A DNA stretch of 64,000 nucleotides from Eledone cirrhosa (GCA_964016885.1 OZ024762.1:20770001-20834000); one strand, 5' to 3'; numbered from the stretch's first letter, positions 22,973 to 36,893 are shown. The notes: a model not told the origin generated them from the sequence alone. Numbers and translations: made by a program.

Positions 22973-23029
<57 letters not shown>

Positions 23030-23079
23030 TAAACATTCGTTGTACTGCCTCTCTGTTTTGTCACTCTTCAAATTTTTCC

Positions 23080-23135
<56 letters not shown>

Positions 23136-23197
23136 ATAGGTGGTTCAGTTTATTTGTAGTCTGAGGAGTGTACCAAAGTCAGCACTCTATGCTAAGG

Positions 23198-23243
<46 letters not shown>

Positions 23244-23789
23244 CACACATTCTAATATTGTGTATGCATGTATGTATGATGACACTCGACTGTGACCTCT
23301 GGCGTCGCGCAATAATACAGAGTACCCGACCTCCCATGGGTACAAGCTGAAGCATATAGACAATATGCCCCCACACCCTCCCAATGCAAGGTGGTCGTGG
23401 AGGTGCCACGGCAAAAAAGCACCCAGCCCACACTGTAAAGTGGACGTGTAGGCGCCACGGAGAAAGCGCCCTGCACTCACTGTAAATGAGGTTGGTGTTA
23501 GGAAGGGCATCCAGCTGTAGAAATCGAGCCAAAATCAGTTCCTGTATGAGCAAGGCATGGTCAGCCGACCAGACATTGCCCACAACAGGACAACCCGTCT
23601 AACCCATGCTAGCATGGAAGAACGGACGTAAAATGGTGATGATGATGAGATATATATATATATATATATTGCATATATTCTAATATTGTGGGCAGTGTCC
23701 GGTCGGCTGACCTTGTCTTGCTCATGTGTGTATTGTGTGTGTGTATATATATATGTGTGTGTGTATATATGTGTGTGTGTATGTATATA

Positions 23790-24220
23790 TATATATGAAA
23801 TCACTGGGAGAGATGACCCCTTAGCCTTTGTCAAGGCAGAATTCTAGGAGAAGGAAAACTCTGATATAACACCTGCAACCCTGATGGTATCCAATGATGT
23901 TGACTTGTTCTTCTTTTTGGATAAATATCATCTTGGTTAAGAGAGTGGGACTGGCTTCGTGCAGTGCCTTTGTTCACTATAAAAGCTTCACGGCACAGGC
24001 ATTGCTTTATATCTGGAGATCTCTCTGCACTTGTCGTCACATGATACCATGGGCCCAGCACTATGTGTCAATAATTGTCACAAGTGTAGTGTTTGTACCA
24101 GAGTTTTCAAGTCGCTGGCTGGACTAAAAAGTCACACTTGTTCAGCGCATCGGTAGGGGTTCTCCTACATGGATATAAAGTAGTGGCCATACTCGAAAAC
24201 GAGTTGGCAGCCACCACCAT
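23790..24220 (+). mobile_element. Probable RTE-LINE 5' region fragment
   Basis: Contains CTAGGAGAAGGAAAACTCTGA, recalled from RTE/BovB-type 5' UTRs. A GC-richer island between TA repeats. Confidence 0.4.
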
Positions 24221-24389
24221 ATATATACACACACATATACATGCATGATATATGGTATATAAATTCACTCACAAACAACAAAAACATATAATCTCAGTAT
24301 ATATGATATACCAATCCTGAACTCCCAAAATTAAATACATTCAGCATTATGGCGTCCTTGTTAACAGCACTGGTTTACTAGTATATATC

Positions 24390-24645
24390 ATCATCATCAT
24401 CATCGTTTTCACGTCCGCTTTTCCACGCTTGCATGGGTTGGACTGGTCCTTCTCAACATGGCATCTTTCACACGTAGCAATGCTTTGTTATTGCCTCAGT
24501 GAGTCTCAGTGATTTGAGGTCAGCTCTCATAACCTCTGCCCTGGTCTTTCTTGGTCTACCTCTACTGCAGTTTCCTTCCACTGGCATTTCCTGGCACTTC
24601 TTCACCCAACGATCATTGTCCATACACTTCACATGTCCAAAACAA

Positions 24646-24650
<5 letters not shown>
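24390..24650 (-). mobile_element. RTE-like LINE 3' fragment
   Basis: ORF-track peptide FGHVKCMDNDRWVKKC...GRPRKTRAEV followed by a (GAT)n tail. Confidence 0.8.
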
Positions 24651-24701
<51 letters not shown>

Positions 24702-25074
24702 CGGTTAACGTCCATCTTCCATGCTAGCATGGGTTAGACGGGTCCCATTTAGAAGCAAGTTGGGTAGGTTGACCATGTCTTGCTCATACAAGGATGTTTC
24801 TGGCTGGTTTTCTACAGCTGGATGCCCTTCCTAATGCCAACCACATTGACTGTGTGTGCTGGGTGGGTGCTTTTTGCCGTGTCTTTTACACATCGACTTT
24901 ACAGTATTGTATATAGTTTGTGTCCGATGGCTGTGCTGTGCTCACATTTCAACTGCGGATGGTCAGTGGGCACAAACTATTTACAATACATACTCTACTT
25001 TTCCAAGTATTGAGTGCTAAGCTGAGCATGGCCTTACTAGCCAAAACTGGTAACTCCCAATCTCTCTCTCTCTC

Positions 25075-25128
<54 letters not shown>

Positions 25129-25305
25129 CATATATAAGACCATTATTGCTCCAGTCGGTCCACAAATAGTCAGAAGCACCCTAAACCAAATGCCAACCTG
25201 CATTCATGACTCCTGCTAAACCAAACTTTAACTCACCCTCCAAATTTGGCAAACTGAACTGGATTGCAACAGCCACCAAATGAGGAATTTAGATGTGTGT
25301 ATGTG

Positions 25306-25382
<77 letters not shown>

Positions 25383-25514
25383 GGTGTCCCCAAAAATGTA
25401 TTCACACTTCAACAGCATTCTAATAAATGTGTATACATCTTTTTGGACACCCTGTATACATAAAACAGTAGAGAGAAATGCACATACAACACTTTAATTT
25501 TATATATATATTGT

Positions 25515-26115
25515 TTACTCGAGAGAAGGCTACGTTGGTATGGACACGTGATGCGCATGAAAGTCGATAGCTGTATAACAAAGTGCAGGGCAATAAAGAT
25601 AGACGGTAGCCACGGAATAGGCAGACCTAGAAAAACCTGGGACAAGCTGATAAACTCCGACCTCACACACTTACACCTCTCCAAGACAATGTCACTGGAC
25701 CGAGACCTTTGGCGGTACTCAGTAACAGAGAAGACCCGCCTTGCCAGTAGGCATCTCTAACAAAATACACCCCCGTCCCGCCACCACCCCCACCCATCCA
25801 CACCACCCCGTCCTATGTAAAGTTATGTTGGTGCCGCGCCATCCAGGCCGAAACAAATGAGATCGTGTAGGTGTCACGACAAAAAAACACACAGTCCACG
25901 CTGTAATGTGGCCGTGTAGGCAACACGGTAAAAACCTCCCAGACCCACACTGTAAATGTGGTTGGTGTTAGGAAGGGCATCCAACTGTAGAAAACCTGCC
26001 AGACAGTCCTATGCGAGCAAGACAATCACTCTTGCCTCAAGTGGGATTACCCCCGTCCAAACCCATGCAAGCGTGGAACACGGACGTTAAACGTTGATGA
26101 TGATGATGATGATGA
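25515..26115 (+). mobile_element. RTE-like LINE 3' end with 3' UTR and (GAT)n tail
   Basis: RRLRWYGHVMRMKVDSCITKC...GRPRKTWDK, then a UTR containing GTTGGTGTTAGGAAGGGCATCCA...CCCATGC...GGACGTTAAA(TGA)n. Confidence 0.85.
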
Positions 26116-26710
26116 TATATATATATATATATATGCGTGTTTCTGTGTTATCATCAATAATCTTTCATATATATATATATAGAGATTGTCTATCTTCCAC
26201 GCTAGCATGGGTTAGATATATATATATATATATATTTGGGTGTCTATGTTTGTGTGTTTTATCAATAATCTGTCATATATATATATATATATATATAACC
26301 TTGTATAGATAAATCACACCTCCATCTTACATTTACTGTGTACCATATTTTGATATTTTGAAGTGAGGTTTAGAAGGTCCAGTAGGTAAAGTCCTATGCC
26401 GTATTTTGGGAAAACATGCGACTTATATATCAGAGAGAAATAGATATTGATTGATAGAAAGCTATATAGATGTGGGTATTGATTAGTAGATGTATGGATA
26501 TGTGTATTGATTGGTAAGTGTAAATGTATATCTATATTGATTGATAATGTGTGTGTGTGTGGTGATAGTTATAGATATTTATTGTATTAAGTGCACACAC
26601 ATTCACACACATTCACACATTTAGTATCTGTATATTGGTGTGTGCACACATGTGTATTAAATGTATAAAGATACAGATAAATATATGTCAATAGCTAAGT
26701 AGTATATATG

Positions 26711-26744
<34 letters not shown>

Positions 26745-26780
26745 TATAAAGTGTGTATATAAATATATATATATATATTG

Positions 26781-26819
<39 letters not shown>

Positions 26820-27509
26820 TTTATATATATAAAGTGTGTGTATATATATATGAGCAAGACACTTTATTTCACATTGCTCCAGTTTACTCAGCTGTAGAAA
26901 TGAGATGATAGGGACTGGGGTGCCTATCATTCCATTGCAAAGTGGTTGTGGAGGTGCCACGGGGGGGAAAAAAAAAAAAAAAAGCACCCAGCCCACACTG
27001 TAAAAGTGGACGTGTAGGTGCCATGGAAAAAATAAGCACCCAGCACTCACTGTAAATGAGGTTGGTGTTAGGAAGGGATCCAGCTGTAGAAATCAAGCCA
27101 GAATCAGTTCCTGTATGAGCAAGACAAGGTCAGCCGACTGGACACTTCCCACAACAGGACAACCCATCTAACCCATGCTAGTATGGAAGAACGGACATAA
27201 AACGATGATGATATATATATATATATATATATATAAAGTGTGTGTGTGTGTGTGTGTATATGTATATATATATATACACTGGATATAACCATTTATAGGT
27301 TGTATGCTATGTTAGAACACAGCATTAACGTATCTACTGGATTTACACCAACATCACTGTTTAAAGTCCATTCTTCCACACAAGCATGGGTTAGACGAGT
27401 TGTCCTGTTGTGACAGATGACCGTGTCTTGTTCACACAGAACTGTTTCTAGCTTGGTTTCTACAGCTGGATGCCCTACCTAACGACAAACACATTTACAG
27501 CATGGACTG

Positions 27510-27910
27510 ATTGCTTTTTATCGTGGCACCAAAATGACCAACTGACGGGTTAGACTGGGTACGTTTTATCGTGACTCCAAAACGACCAACTGACAGGTTG
27601 GACTGGGTACGTTTTATCATGACACCAAAACGACCAACTGACAGGTTGGACTGGGTACGTTTTATCGTGACACCAAAACGACCAACTGACAGGTTGGACT
27701 GGGTACGTTTTATCGTGACACCAAAACGACCAACTGACAGGTTGGACTGGGTATGTTTTATCGTGACACCAAAACGACAAACTGACAGGTTGAACTGGGT
27801 ATATGCTATCGTGGCACCAACACGACCAACTGACAGGTTGGACTGGGTATATGCTATTGTGGCACCAAAACGACCAACTGACAGGTTGGACTGGGTGCTT
27901 TCTGCCGTGT
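27510..27910. repeat. 48-bp minisatellite (~8 copies) inside a minus-strand retroelement tail
   Basis: Unit GACTGGGTACGTTTTATCGTGACACCAAAACGACCAACTGACAGGTTG follows the CAGCTGGATGCCC tail motif at ~27464. Confidence 0.9.
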
Positions 27911-28319
27911 CATCAATACAACTAACTTACAGGATGTTAAAAACCTCAATTCAAAATATATAGTACATTGTAAATGTTGTGTATAAAATATAGGTGTGAC
28001 TTATTTACTGGAGTTACAAAACCTCAATTCATAATATATATTATGTTTTAACCCTTTAGCATGGCAGTATCGGTAGAGGGTTGGACGCCATGCTTTCCAG
28101 CATAGTTACGTCCCTTTATGATCTGAGTTCAAATCCCGCCGAGGTTGACTTTGCCTTTCATCCTTACGGGGTCGATAAAATAAAGTACCAGTAATGCACT
28201 GGGTATTTGTTGGCCTTGTGCCTAAAGTAGAAACAATTATTTTATATATACTATTATATTTTCATGGTAAAGGCTTTACCTCACATAAAGACTGGATTAA
28301 TTCACCATAATTGTTTATT

Positions 28320-28370
28320 GCATGATATATATTTCTGTTACATGGTTATTCATGTGACTTCATCAGATGC
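28320..28370 (-). ncRNA. Minimal type-I hammerhead candidate
   Basis: Minus strand: GCAU-CUGAUGA-aGUcACAUGaauaacCAUGUaACa-GAAA-UAUAUA-UC^AUGC, followed by AAUAAA. Confidence 0.7.
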
Positions 28371-29277
28371 TTACACAATCATAGGTACAGTTGTGCAATC
28401 ATTGGGATATGCTGATGGCCATGTATAACTATCCTGCAATGATGTAGGCCGGCATATATAATATCACCATTTAATGTCTATTTTTCCAAGCTTGCATGGG
28501 TTAGACAGGTCGTCCATGTAATGAGACAAGTCTGGCCAGTTGGCCATGCTGTACCTTGCTCAAACGGAACTGTATTTTGGCTGTGTTTTTTTTTTTACAG
28601 CTGGATGCCCTTCCTAACACCACCCACGATAGGACCTGCAACTCCTAGTAGAGTTGTATGGGTACATTAGTGCGTGCGTGCGTGCGTGTGATCATCATCA
28701 CTTAACGTCCATCTTCCACGCTAGCATGGGTGATACGGTTTTGTTCCATTTGATGCGGGAATGGTTGGGAGACCGTGTCTCGCTCGTACGGAAGTGTCTT
28801 TGGCAGGTGACTATATATATATGTGTGTGTGTGTATATATATATATATGATGGAGGCACTTTAAATCTGGTAGAGCCCACCTCCTCAAACACACCTGAAC
28901 AAAGCTGATTTCTTCCAGAGAGAGAAGTGAGAAAGAGATATAGAGGAAGAATTGACTCCAGTATTAGACTGGTACTATATCTATTGACCTCATAAGGATG
29001 AAAGTCAAAGCTGACCTTGGTGGGATTTGAACTCGGAGTGCAGAGAACCAGAACTAATACTACAAAGCATTCTGTCTGACATTCTAATGGCTTTACCAAT
29101 TTACCGCCTTATGTATAGTAATCATGACATCATACAATGCTTCACTTGTTTGAGCATTAACGATATTTATCTAATTAAACAGTAAGAGGCCTAATTATTT
29201 GCCATTCACATTATAGTGACTTTATATAATATATATATATATATATATTTGTATATATATATTTGTAGGTATATTTG

Positions 29278-29342
<65 letters not shown>

Positions 29343-29413
29343 ATGTATATTTGTATATATATATATATATATATATTTGTATATATATACATATATATAT
29401 TTGTATGTATATT

Positions 29414-29459
<46 letters not shown>

Positions 29460-29530
29460 ACCCTTGCAAGCAGGGAAAAAGCAGACGTAAAATGAAATGA
29501 AAATGATGATGATATTTGTATGTATATTTG

Positions 29531-29561
<31 letters not shown>

Positions 29562-30817
29562 ATGTATATTTGTATATATATTTGTATGTATATTTGTATA
29601 TATATATATATATATGTTTGTATGTATATTTGTATATATATTTGTATGTATATTTGTATATATATATATATATATATGTTTGTATGTATATTTGTATATA
29701 TATATATATATATGTTTGTATGTATATTTGTATATATATTTATGTTTGTATGTATATTTGTATATATATATTTATATTTGTATATATATTATGTATATAT
29801 ATTTATATTTGTATATATACATATACATATATATATATATATGTATATATATACATACAGAGGCATGTACACACGCGTATACATATGGTGTTTCTTTTCA
29901 TTTTAACCCCACTTCTTGCATTCACTGGTTTAAACTGGATGCTTTGAGACAATGTCTTTACAGGAGGAAAGGCAAAAAATTTGCAGTTATTGGAACATCG
30001 ATATAAACCTTTGCAGTTCAAAGCCTGTTAGGGTCAACTTTACCTTTCATCCTTTTGAGGTCGATAAAAAATGTATTAGTCCAGTCGAGCACTGGGGCCA
30101 ATTATTTTTCTATATCTCTTTCTCATTTCCTCTTTTTCATTCCACTCTCCCTTCCTTTATAAGATATCATTGACCATGTTTATATCTCGGAAGGGGATGA
30201 ATTCTGCCAGGTTTTCAAATGCCCAAGATCTGGTGTACTTCACTTTGAGACCCCTACTTCTCCATTAGGAGTTAATGGTCCGTCCATATATTATCATTGT
30301 TTTCATGTTTGCTTTCCCTGCTAGCAAGTGGTAGATGGATCTACGTAGACCAAGTCAGTACTAAAGTGAGACTACTAATCTCCCAAAAAGACCAGGGATT
30401 TGCATCTCACTTATGTACCGTCTTACATTCTACTGAGTGCACAGGAGAGGTTGTCATGTCTTTAGCACAACTGGGGGTTCGTCCAATCTTTTGTTTCGCA
30501 AGCTTTCTATGGCTGGATACCCTACCTATCACCAACCACATTACAGCATGTACTGGGTACTTTTATTGTGTTGGTCACCAACACTAGGGACGCTGTCATA
30601 TCCTTGACATGGCTGAAGAGTCCTCTCAACACTTTGTTTGGCAAGCTTTCTAAGGCTAGATGCTCTTATCACCAACCACTTTACAGCATGCACTGGGTGT
30701 GTATGTCATGTAGATCAATATATGTATATATATATACATACTGTATATATATAATATATTTGTTTATTCATATTTAGTCATACGCCCCCTCCTGTAACTA
30801 ACTATTTTAGTGACATC

Positions 30818-31035
30818 TTGACCATTTCGTATTGAAACCGGCCATATCTGGCCAGAATTCTCTAACCTCTTTCTGTTCAAACTGGCCACTCATACTGATG
30901 TTAAGGTATTGTTCTGAAAATATATACCATCAAAATCTCATAGATTCAATATTATGTGAGATAATTATGTAAGATAAAGCCATTAATGTGAAGATATACT
31001 TGTAAATATAGAGTAATTTAAATGGTAAAGGGTAA
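30818..31035. mobile_element. piggyBac-like non-autonomous element
   Basis: Ends AATGGTAAAGGGTAA. A reverse-complement homolog at 46929-47130 begins TTAACCCTTTAGCATT (TTAA|CCC terminus). Confidence 0.55.
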
Positions 31036-31349
31036 GACACAGGGATACGGTGTACCTCTTCTAAAAACTAGGATACGACAGTGTATCAATTCTAAAAAAA
31101 TGTCTCTTTTATATCTAAACAGTTTAAATTTGACCATTGGCCATTATATGCTATAATAATATCTACACCTGGCTTAAGTATGGTATACTAAGTTGAATAA
31201 TAGTCTTACTGGTCTTCACTAGTAACATCTCATCTCTCTCTCTCATCTCTCATCTCTCTCTCTCATCTCTCTCTCATTTCTCATCTCTCTCGCCTCTCAT
31301 CTTTGGCTCTCCCTCTCCCCCTCACTCTCTCTCTCTCTCTCATTTCTCA

Positions 31350-31381
<32 letters not shown>

Positions 31382-32042
31382 ATCTCGCTCTCTCATCTCT
31401 CTCGCCTCTCATCTTTGGCTCTCCCTCTCTCTCTCTCTCTCTGTATATCCCAATTTAAATCAAGGTATATGAATGAAACAGTTCCAGACCTCCTTTAGAA
31501 GCCATTTCTATATTAAATTTTTTATGTGTATATACATATGTGTATATATATATATATATATATTTACACACACATACACATATATATGGTAATGTACACA
31601 AGAAATTAAAAATACACACCCTACCTTATCCCTCTTTCTGCTTTTTTGTTTTCTAATCTACCTACTATTGTACTCTCCCGACGAAGGACCAATATCCGAT
31701 ACGTTGAACTTTTTCTCTTTTATCCAAAGTGTGAACCTAATAACACTAATTGTTTTTGCATCTCTGTTTGTCTTTTTTTTTTTTTATCATATATAATATA
31801 TAGATTACATTTAAAAATATAGATGTCATGTTTGAGAAAATCTCAAATATGTGCCCTATCACCTGTGGAATAAGCTCAAAGAAAAATTCTAAGGAACAAA
31901 TCCAAACACACATAAATATATTTGGGTATTGCAGATATATCTGTCTATCTATCTATCTATCTTCCCCCTTTGTATTTGTCCCCTTCTTTTGCGCCCTAGT
32001 GGCAATAAATAGAAATCTATCTATCTATCTATCTATCTATCA

Positions 32043-32080
<38 letters not shown>

Positions 32081-32290
32081 CTCACACACACATTATATAT
32101 ACACACATATATATATATATATATAGAGACGTGCTCCATCATCCACTTTTCTAAGTACATCATACACGAAAAGCCAGCATCAAGTTTTCCAAGAGATGTC
32201 AACATGAATGGACCTGTTATTTTTCTCTAAAAAAATTTTTTTCCACTTCTGCCCTGCCCGACCCTTCAATCTTTCTAATTTCTCATTCTT

Positions 32291-32326
32291 TCTTCTGATG
32301 AAGGACTAACATCTGAAACGTTAAGA
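32291..32326 (+). ncRNA. Minimal hammerhead candidate, sense to the tomosyn pre-mRNA
   Basis: UCUU-CUGAUGA-aGGAcuaacaUCU-GAAA-CG-UU-AAGA; weak stem II and palindromic ACGU stem III. Confidence 0.6.
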
Positions 32327-32403
32327 CCCTCTTCCTGCTATTTCAAGCGTTAAACTAATATATTCCTTCCATATACTGTACCAATTGTGTTATTTCTGTT
32401 TAC

Positions 32404-32456
<53 letters not shown>

Positions 32457-32611
32457 TATTAAGGATACTATTTATGGTTATGTATATACTAAGACTTTTT
32501 ATAGTTATATATATTTTAAACCCTAAACAGTGAAGGTCAGTAATTTATTACTACCTTATTACCAGTAAGATAAATAGCTCAATGTAATAACATCAGTTGT
32601 TCTACAAAGCA

Positions 32612-32666
<55 letters not shown>

Positions 32667-33066
32667 TTCCCTGACATTTGTGTATTATTCTATGTACTAT
32701 ATTGACGAGTTGTAGTGCATCTGAGCACTTTACACAATAATTTCATTATTATATATATATATATACACACACACACATAAACACACGTATATATATTTAT
32801 ATTATACACATACAATCATACACAAATGTATTTGTGTATTTCAGATTTATCTATGTATAAAATACACACACACATTATATATATATATATATATACTTTC
32901 TCCAAGCATGAAACTAATATGCTTCATGTTATTGCATCCTCTTGTTTGTTTCTTGTTTCTTTGACTTATATATATCATATACATACATACATACATGCTC
33001 AAATATACTTGTGTATTGTAGATCTATATAAAACACACACACATGCATTATATATGTATATATATA

Positions 33067-33256
33067 GGGCGGTGAATTGGCAGTATCGGTAGAGGGTTGG
33101 ACGCCATGCTTTCTAGCATAGTTACGTCCCTTTACAGTCTGAGTTCAAATCCCGCCGAGGTTAACTTTGCCTTTCATCCTTACGGGGTCGATAAAATAAA
33201 GTACCAGTAATACACTGGGTAATTGCTGGCCTTGTGCCTAACGTAGAAACAATTAT
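33067..33256 (+). mobile_element. tRNA-derived SINE family A, full length (central domain resembles the Meta/Sauria type)
   Basis: GGCGGTGAATTGGCAGTATCGGTAGAG (A box) ... GAGTTCAAATCCCGCC (B box) ... GCCTTTCATCCTTACGGGGTCGATAAA. Many more copies, e.g. 28060-28240, 40282-40470, 46297-46485, 57663-57860 and 61103-61280(-). Confidence 0.85.
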
Positions 33257-33502
33257 ATATGTATATATACACAAACATATATGTATACATACACATGTAT
33301 GTATGTATATACATATATATATATATATATGTCCTGGGTTCAATCAGGGGTAACCAAAGAAAGGTACTCAATACATTAATAGAGTATATACACAATTTAA
33401 TGCAGAAATGGCTTCTATAGGACTAGAACAGTTTTATTCAAATGAAACAGTTCTAGTAGAAGCCTGTAGAAGCCATTTCTATATTAAATTTTACATACAT
33501 TA

Positions 33503-33848
33503 ATGGAGGCACATGGCTTAGTGGTTAGAGCATTGGCCTTGCAATCGAAAGGTTGTGAGTTCAATTCTCAGACCGGGTGATGTGTTGTTTCCTTGAGCAA
33601 GACACTTTATTTCACATTGCTCCAGTTTACTCAGCTGTAGAAATGAGATGATAGGGACTGGGGTCCCTATCATTCCACTGTAAAGTGGACGTGTAGGTGC
33701 CACGGCAAAAAAGCGCCCAGCACTCACTGTAAATGAGGTTGGTGTTAGGAAGGGCATCCAGCTGTAGAAATCAAGCCAGAATCAGTTCCCGTCCCACCCT
33801 TGCAAGCAGGGAAAAGTGGACGTAAAATGAAATGATGATGATGATGAT
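33503..33848 (+). mobile_element. tRNA-derived SINE family B, full length
   Basis: TGGCTTAGTGGTTAGAGC / GAGTTCAATTC promoter boxes, V/CORE-like CCTTGAGCAAGACACTT domain, internal hairpin TGATAGGGACtgggGTCCCTATCA, and RTE-type tail with (TGA)n. Confidence 0.88.
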
Positions 33849-33943
33849 ACACACACACACAAACACACACACCATCTTTTCTCTGTTGACCCTCTTTCTT
33901 CTGACTCTATAATGTCTTTTACTCATTATTTTCTTCTTTACAG

Positions 33944-34041
33944 ACTGTACGTCATGGATTTCCATTCCAGCCAACGGCACTTGCTTATGATCCTGTACAA
34001 CACATTTTGGCAATTGGAACTAAGAGCGGTTCTCTTAGAAT
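33944..34041 (+). CDS. STXBP5: Tomosyn coding exon 2 (98 nt, start of the WD40/Lgl-like region)
   Basis: Polypyrimidine tract and TTTACAG acceptor ending at 33943. Translates TVRHGFPFQPTALAYDPVQHILAIGTKSGSLR+AT, in phase with exon 1 and matching tomosyn TVRHGFPYQPSALAFDPVQKILAVGT. Confidence 0.95.
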
Positions 34042-34050
34042 GTATCCTTA
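34042..34050 (+). promoter_or_regulatory. U12-type (minor spliceosome) 5' splice site GTATCCTTA
   Basis: Exact match to the U12 donor consensus RTATCCTT, immediately after the phase-2 end of exon 2. Confidence 0.85.
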
Positions 34051-34334
34051 AAATATTGCTGTTTTCCCCACTTCCTTTAAAACCAGGATTATTACTTTGA
34101 AAAAGCAAATAAGGTTATATAATTTTTCTCTAATTCAGCATTTTACATTGTGTATGTGTGTGTGTATGTATGTATAAATGTATGTATGTATGTGTGTGTG
34201 TATGCATGCATACATGCATGCATGTATACATGTATACATATATGAATACACGTATATATATATACATGTATGTATGTATATATATATCTGTGTATATATA
34301 TATATATATATATTCTGTCTAACCCATGCTAGCG

Positions 34335-34660
34335 TGGCTTAGTGGTTAGAGCATTGGCCTTGCAATCGAAAGGTTGTGAGTTCAATTCTCAAACCGGGTG
34401 ATGTGTTGTTTCCTTGAGCAAGACACTTTATTTCACATTGCTCCAGTTTACTCAGCTGTAGAAATGAGATGATAGGGACTGGGGTCCCTATCATTCCACT
34501 GCAAAGTGGTCGTGGAGGTGCCACGGCAAAAAAGCACCCAGCACTCACTGTAAATGAGGTTGGCGTTAGGAAGGGCATCCAGCTGTAGAAATCAAGCCAG
34601 AATCAGTTCCCGTCCCACCCTTGCAAGCAGGGAAAAGCGGATGTATGATGATGATGATGA
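34335..34660 (+). mobile_element. SINE family B copy
   Basis: Near-identical to 33503-33848. Confidence 0.88.
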
Positions 34661-34837
34661 TATGTGTGTATATATATAATTTCCTCAACATATTTATTGC
34701 ACTTCATAATGTGTGTGTGTGGTAGTGTGCGTGTTTTGTATAAATATTTCATATATATTGTATCAAGTTTATTATTGATATTCTTTTTAAATCTTCATTT
34801 TCGATAATTTTACCCCCACCCCACATTGTTATATAGA

Positions 34838-34874
<37 letters not shown>

Positions 34875-36264
34875 TTACTACTACTACTATTACTACTACT
34901 ACTTTCTGATTTAGGCACAAGTTCCACAATTTTTTGGAGGGAGGGTAAAGTCGATTATATCGACCCCATTGCATTACTGGTACTTTATTTTATCCACCTT
35001 GAAAGGATGAAAAGCTAAGTTGGCTTCGGCAGGATTTGAACTCTAATTCAGTCATAAAGCTAAACAATTTTAGGTTGGAGGAGAAAGTCAATAATTGCAT
35101 CTACCCCAGACACATGGAACTCTGCTCAGTCATACATTGACAACACAGAACAACGTTGAGGATGACGACCACGATGATGATGATGATGATAACGGTTTCT
35201 GATTTAGGCAAAAGGCCAACCATTTAGTGGGAAAGGGAAAGTCGATTAAATTGACTCAGTGCATTACTGGTACTTTATTTTATAGACCCTGTAATAATTG
35301 TTTCTACTTTTGGCACAAGGCCAGCAATTATCCCAGTGCATTACTGGTACTTTATTTTATCGACCCCGTAAGGATGAAAGGCAAAGTTAACCCTGTAATA
35401 ATGAATAATAATAACAGGAGTTAATATTAGTAATAGTAGTCGTAGTAGTGATGATAATAATAATAATAATTAAATTATCATAATTATTATTTTTAAAATT
35501 ATTATTATAATTATAGTGGTTATTATTATTTAGTCAATCCCAAGGTATTTCGTTAAATCTTTTGTCGCATCAAATTCAGGTTTCGTGGAATCTTCTCTAT
35601 GCATGTCTTTCACTCCATAGAAAATGTAGAGAACGAGCTAAGCTATCTCTTTCACGCCCACTACTACTAAGCTGTGAATTGGCTCCGAAGTGGGGGTCCA
35701 ATATTGACGTGAAATGAACTAGAAATGCACCCTCACTTTAAAACCACCTGTCGTCTGCCCTTTGCCAACATCGATTTGTTCACTGCGCGTGTGTATATCT
35801 GTATAATGTATGTGTGTATAATATATGTTAGTGTATATCTGTATAATGTATGTGTGTATATGTGTGAATAATGTGTATTTCTGTATAATATATATGGTTA
35901 TAATATATGTATATATGTAATGTATGTTTGTGTAGGTATGTATAATGTGTATATGTTTGTATATTAAATGTATTTAATGTTAATGTTTGTGATTAACGTT
36001 ATGTAATGTGTGCTTTTGATAACGCTTGTGTGTTTGTGTGTGTGTGTTTGTGTTTGTGTGTGTGTGTGTTAGTGTGGCTATTTAGAAAATTGTGTAATGT
36101 TCGCTGTTATATAGCGTATAATTGTATACATATATGGTGTTGTATATTGTATAATTCTGTGAATGTATGTTATATATGGTGTAACTGTACTTACTGTATA
36201 ATGTATGTATATTATGATGTGTAATGTATGTATGTATATGTATGCTGTTATGTAATGTATATAT

Positions 36265-36300
<36 letters not shown>

Positions 36301-36354
36301 TATTGTGTAATGTATAGACATTGTGTAATGTATGTTGTATTTATATATATATTG

Positions 36355-36398
<44 letters not shown>

Positions 36399-36643
36399 GA
36401 TATTGTGTACTGTATGTGTATGTATATTAGGTATATATATATTTTGTATATATATATATATAATGATATTGTGTACTGTATGTGTATGTATATTAGGTAT
36501 ATATATATTTTGTATATATATATATATAATTGTTTCTACTTTTGGCACAAGGCCAGCTATTACCCCAGTGTATTACTGGTACTTTATTTTATCGACCCCG
36601 TAAGGATGAAAGGCAAAGTTTATATATATAATATTGTGTAATT

Positions 36644-36893
36644 TGTCGATCGACAAGATCCCAGACTTCATTTACTTAACAAGTGGGGTGGAACTCCTCA
36701 AATTGGACCGAGGAAACAATGTTTCCATTGGTCTTTTCAATTGCTAATTCTATCTATCGGTCACAACTCTAAGTAGGAGCAATGTGAAATAAACTGTCTT
36801 GCTCAAGGACATAACACATCACCCGGTCAGATAATCAAACTCATAACCTCACAATTGCGAATCCAATTCTCTAACCACTCAGCTACACGCCTT
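36644..36893 (-). mobile_element. tRNA-derived SINE family C
   Basis: Same head and CCTTGAGCAAGACA domain as family B but a different body (GGAAACATTGTTTCC palindrome). A + strand homolog lies at 63592-63817. Confidence 0.7.

Noticed and set aside
33503-33580. tRNA gene
   Set aside because: A and B boxes are present but run straight into a SINE body, are repeated in five copies, and form no complete cloverleaf.
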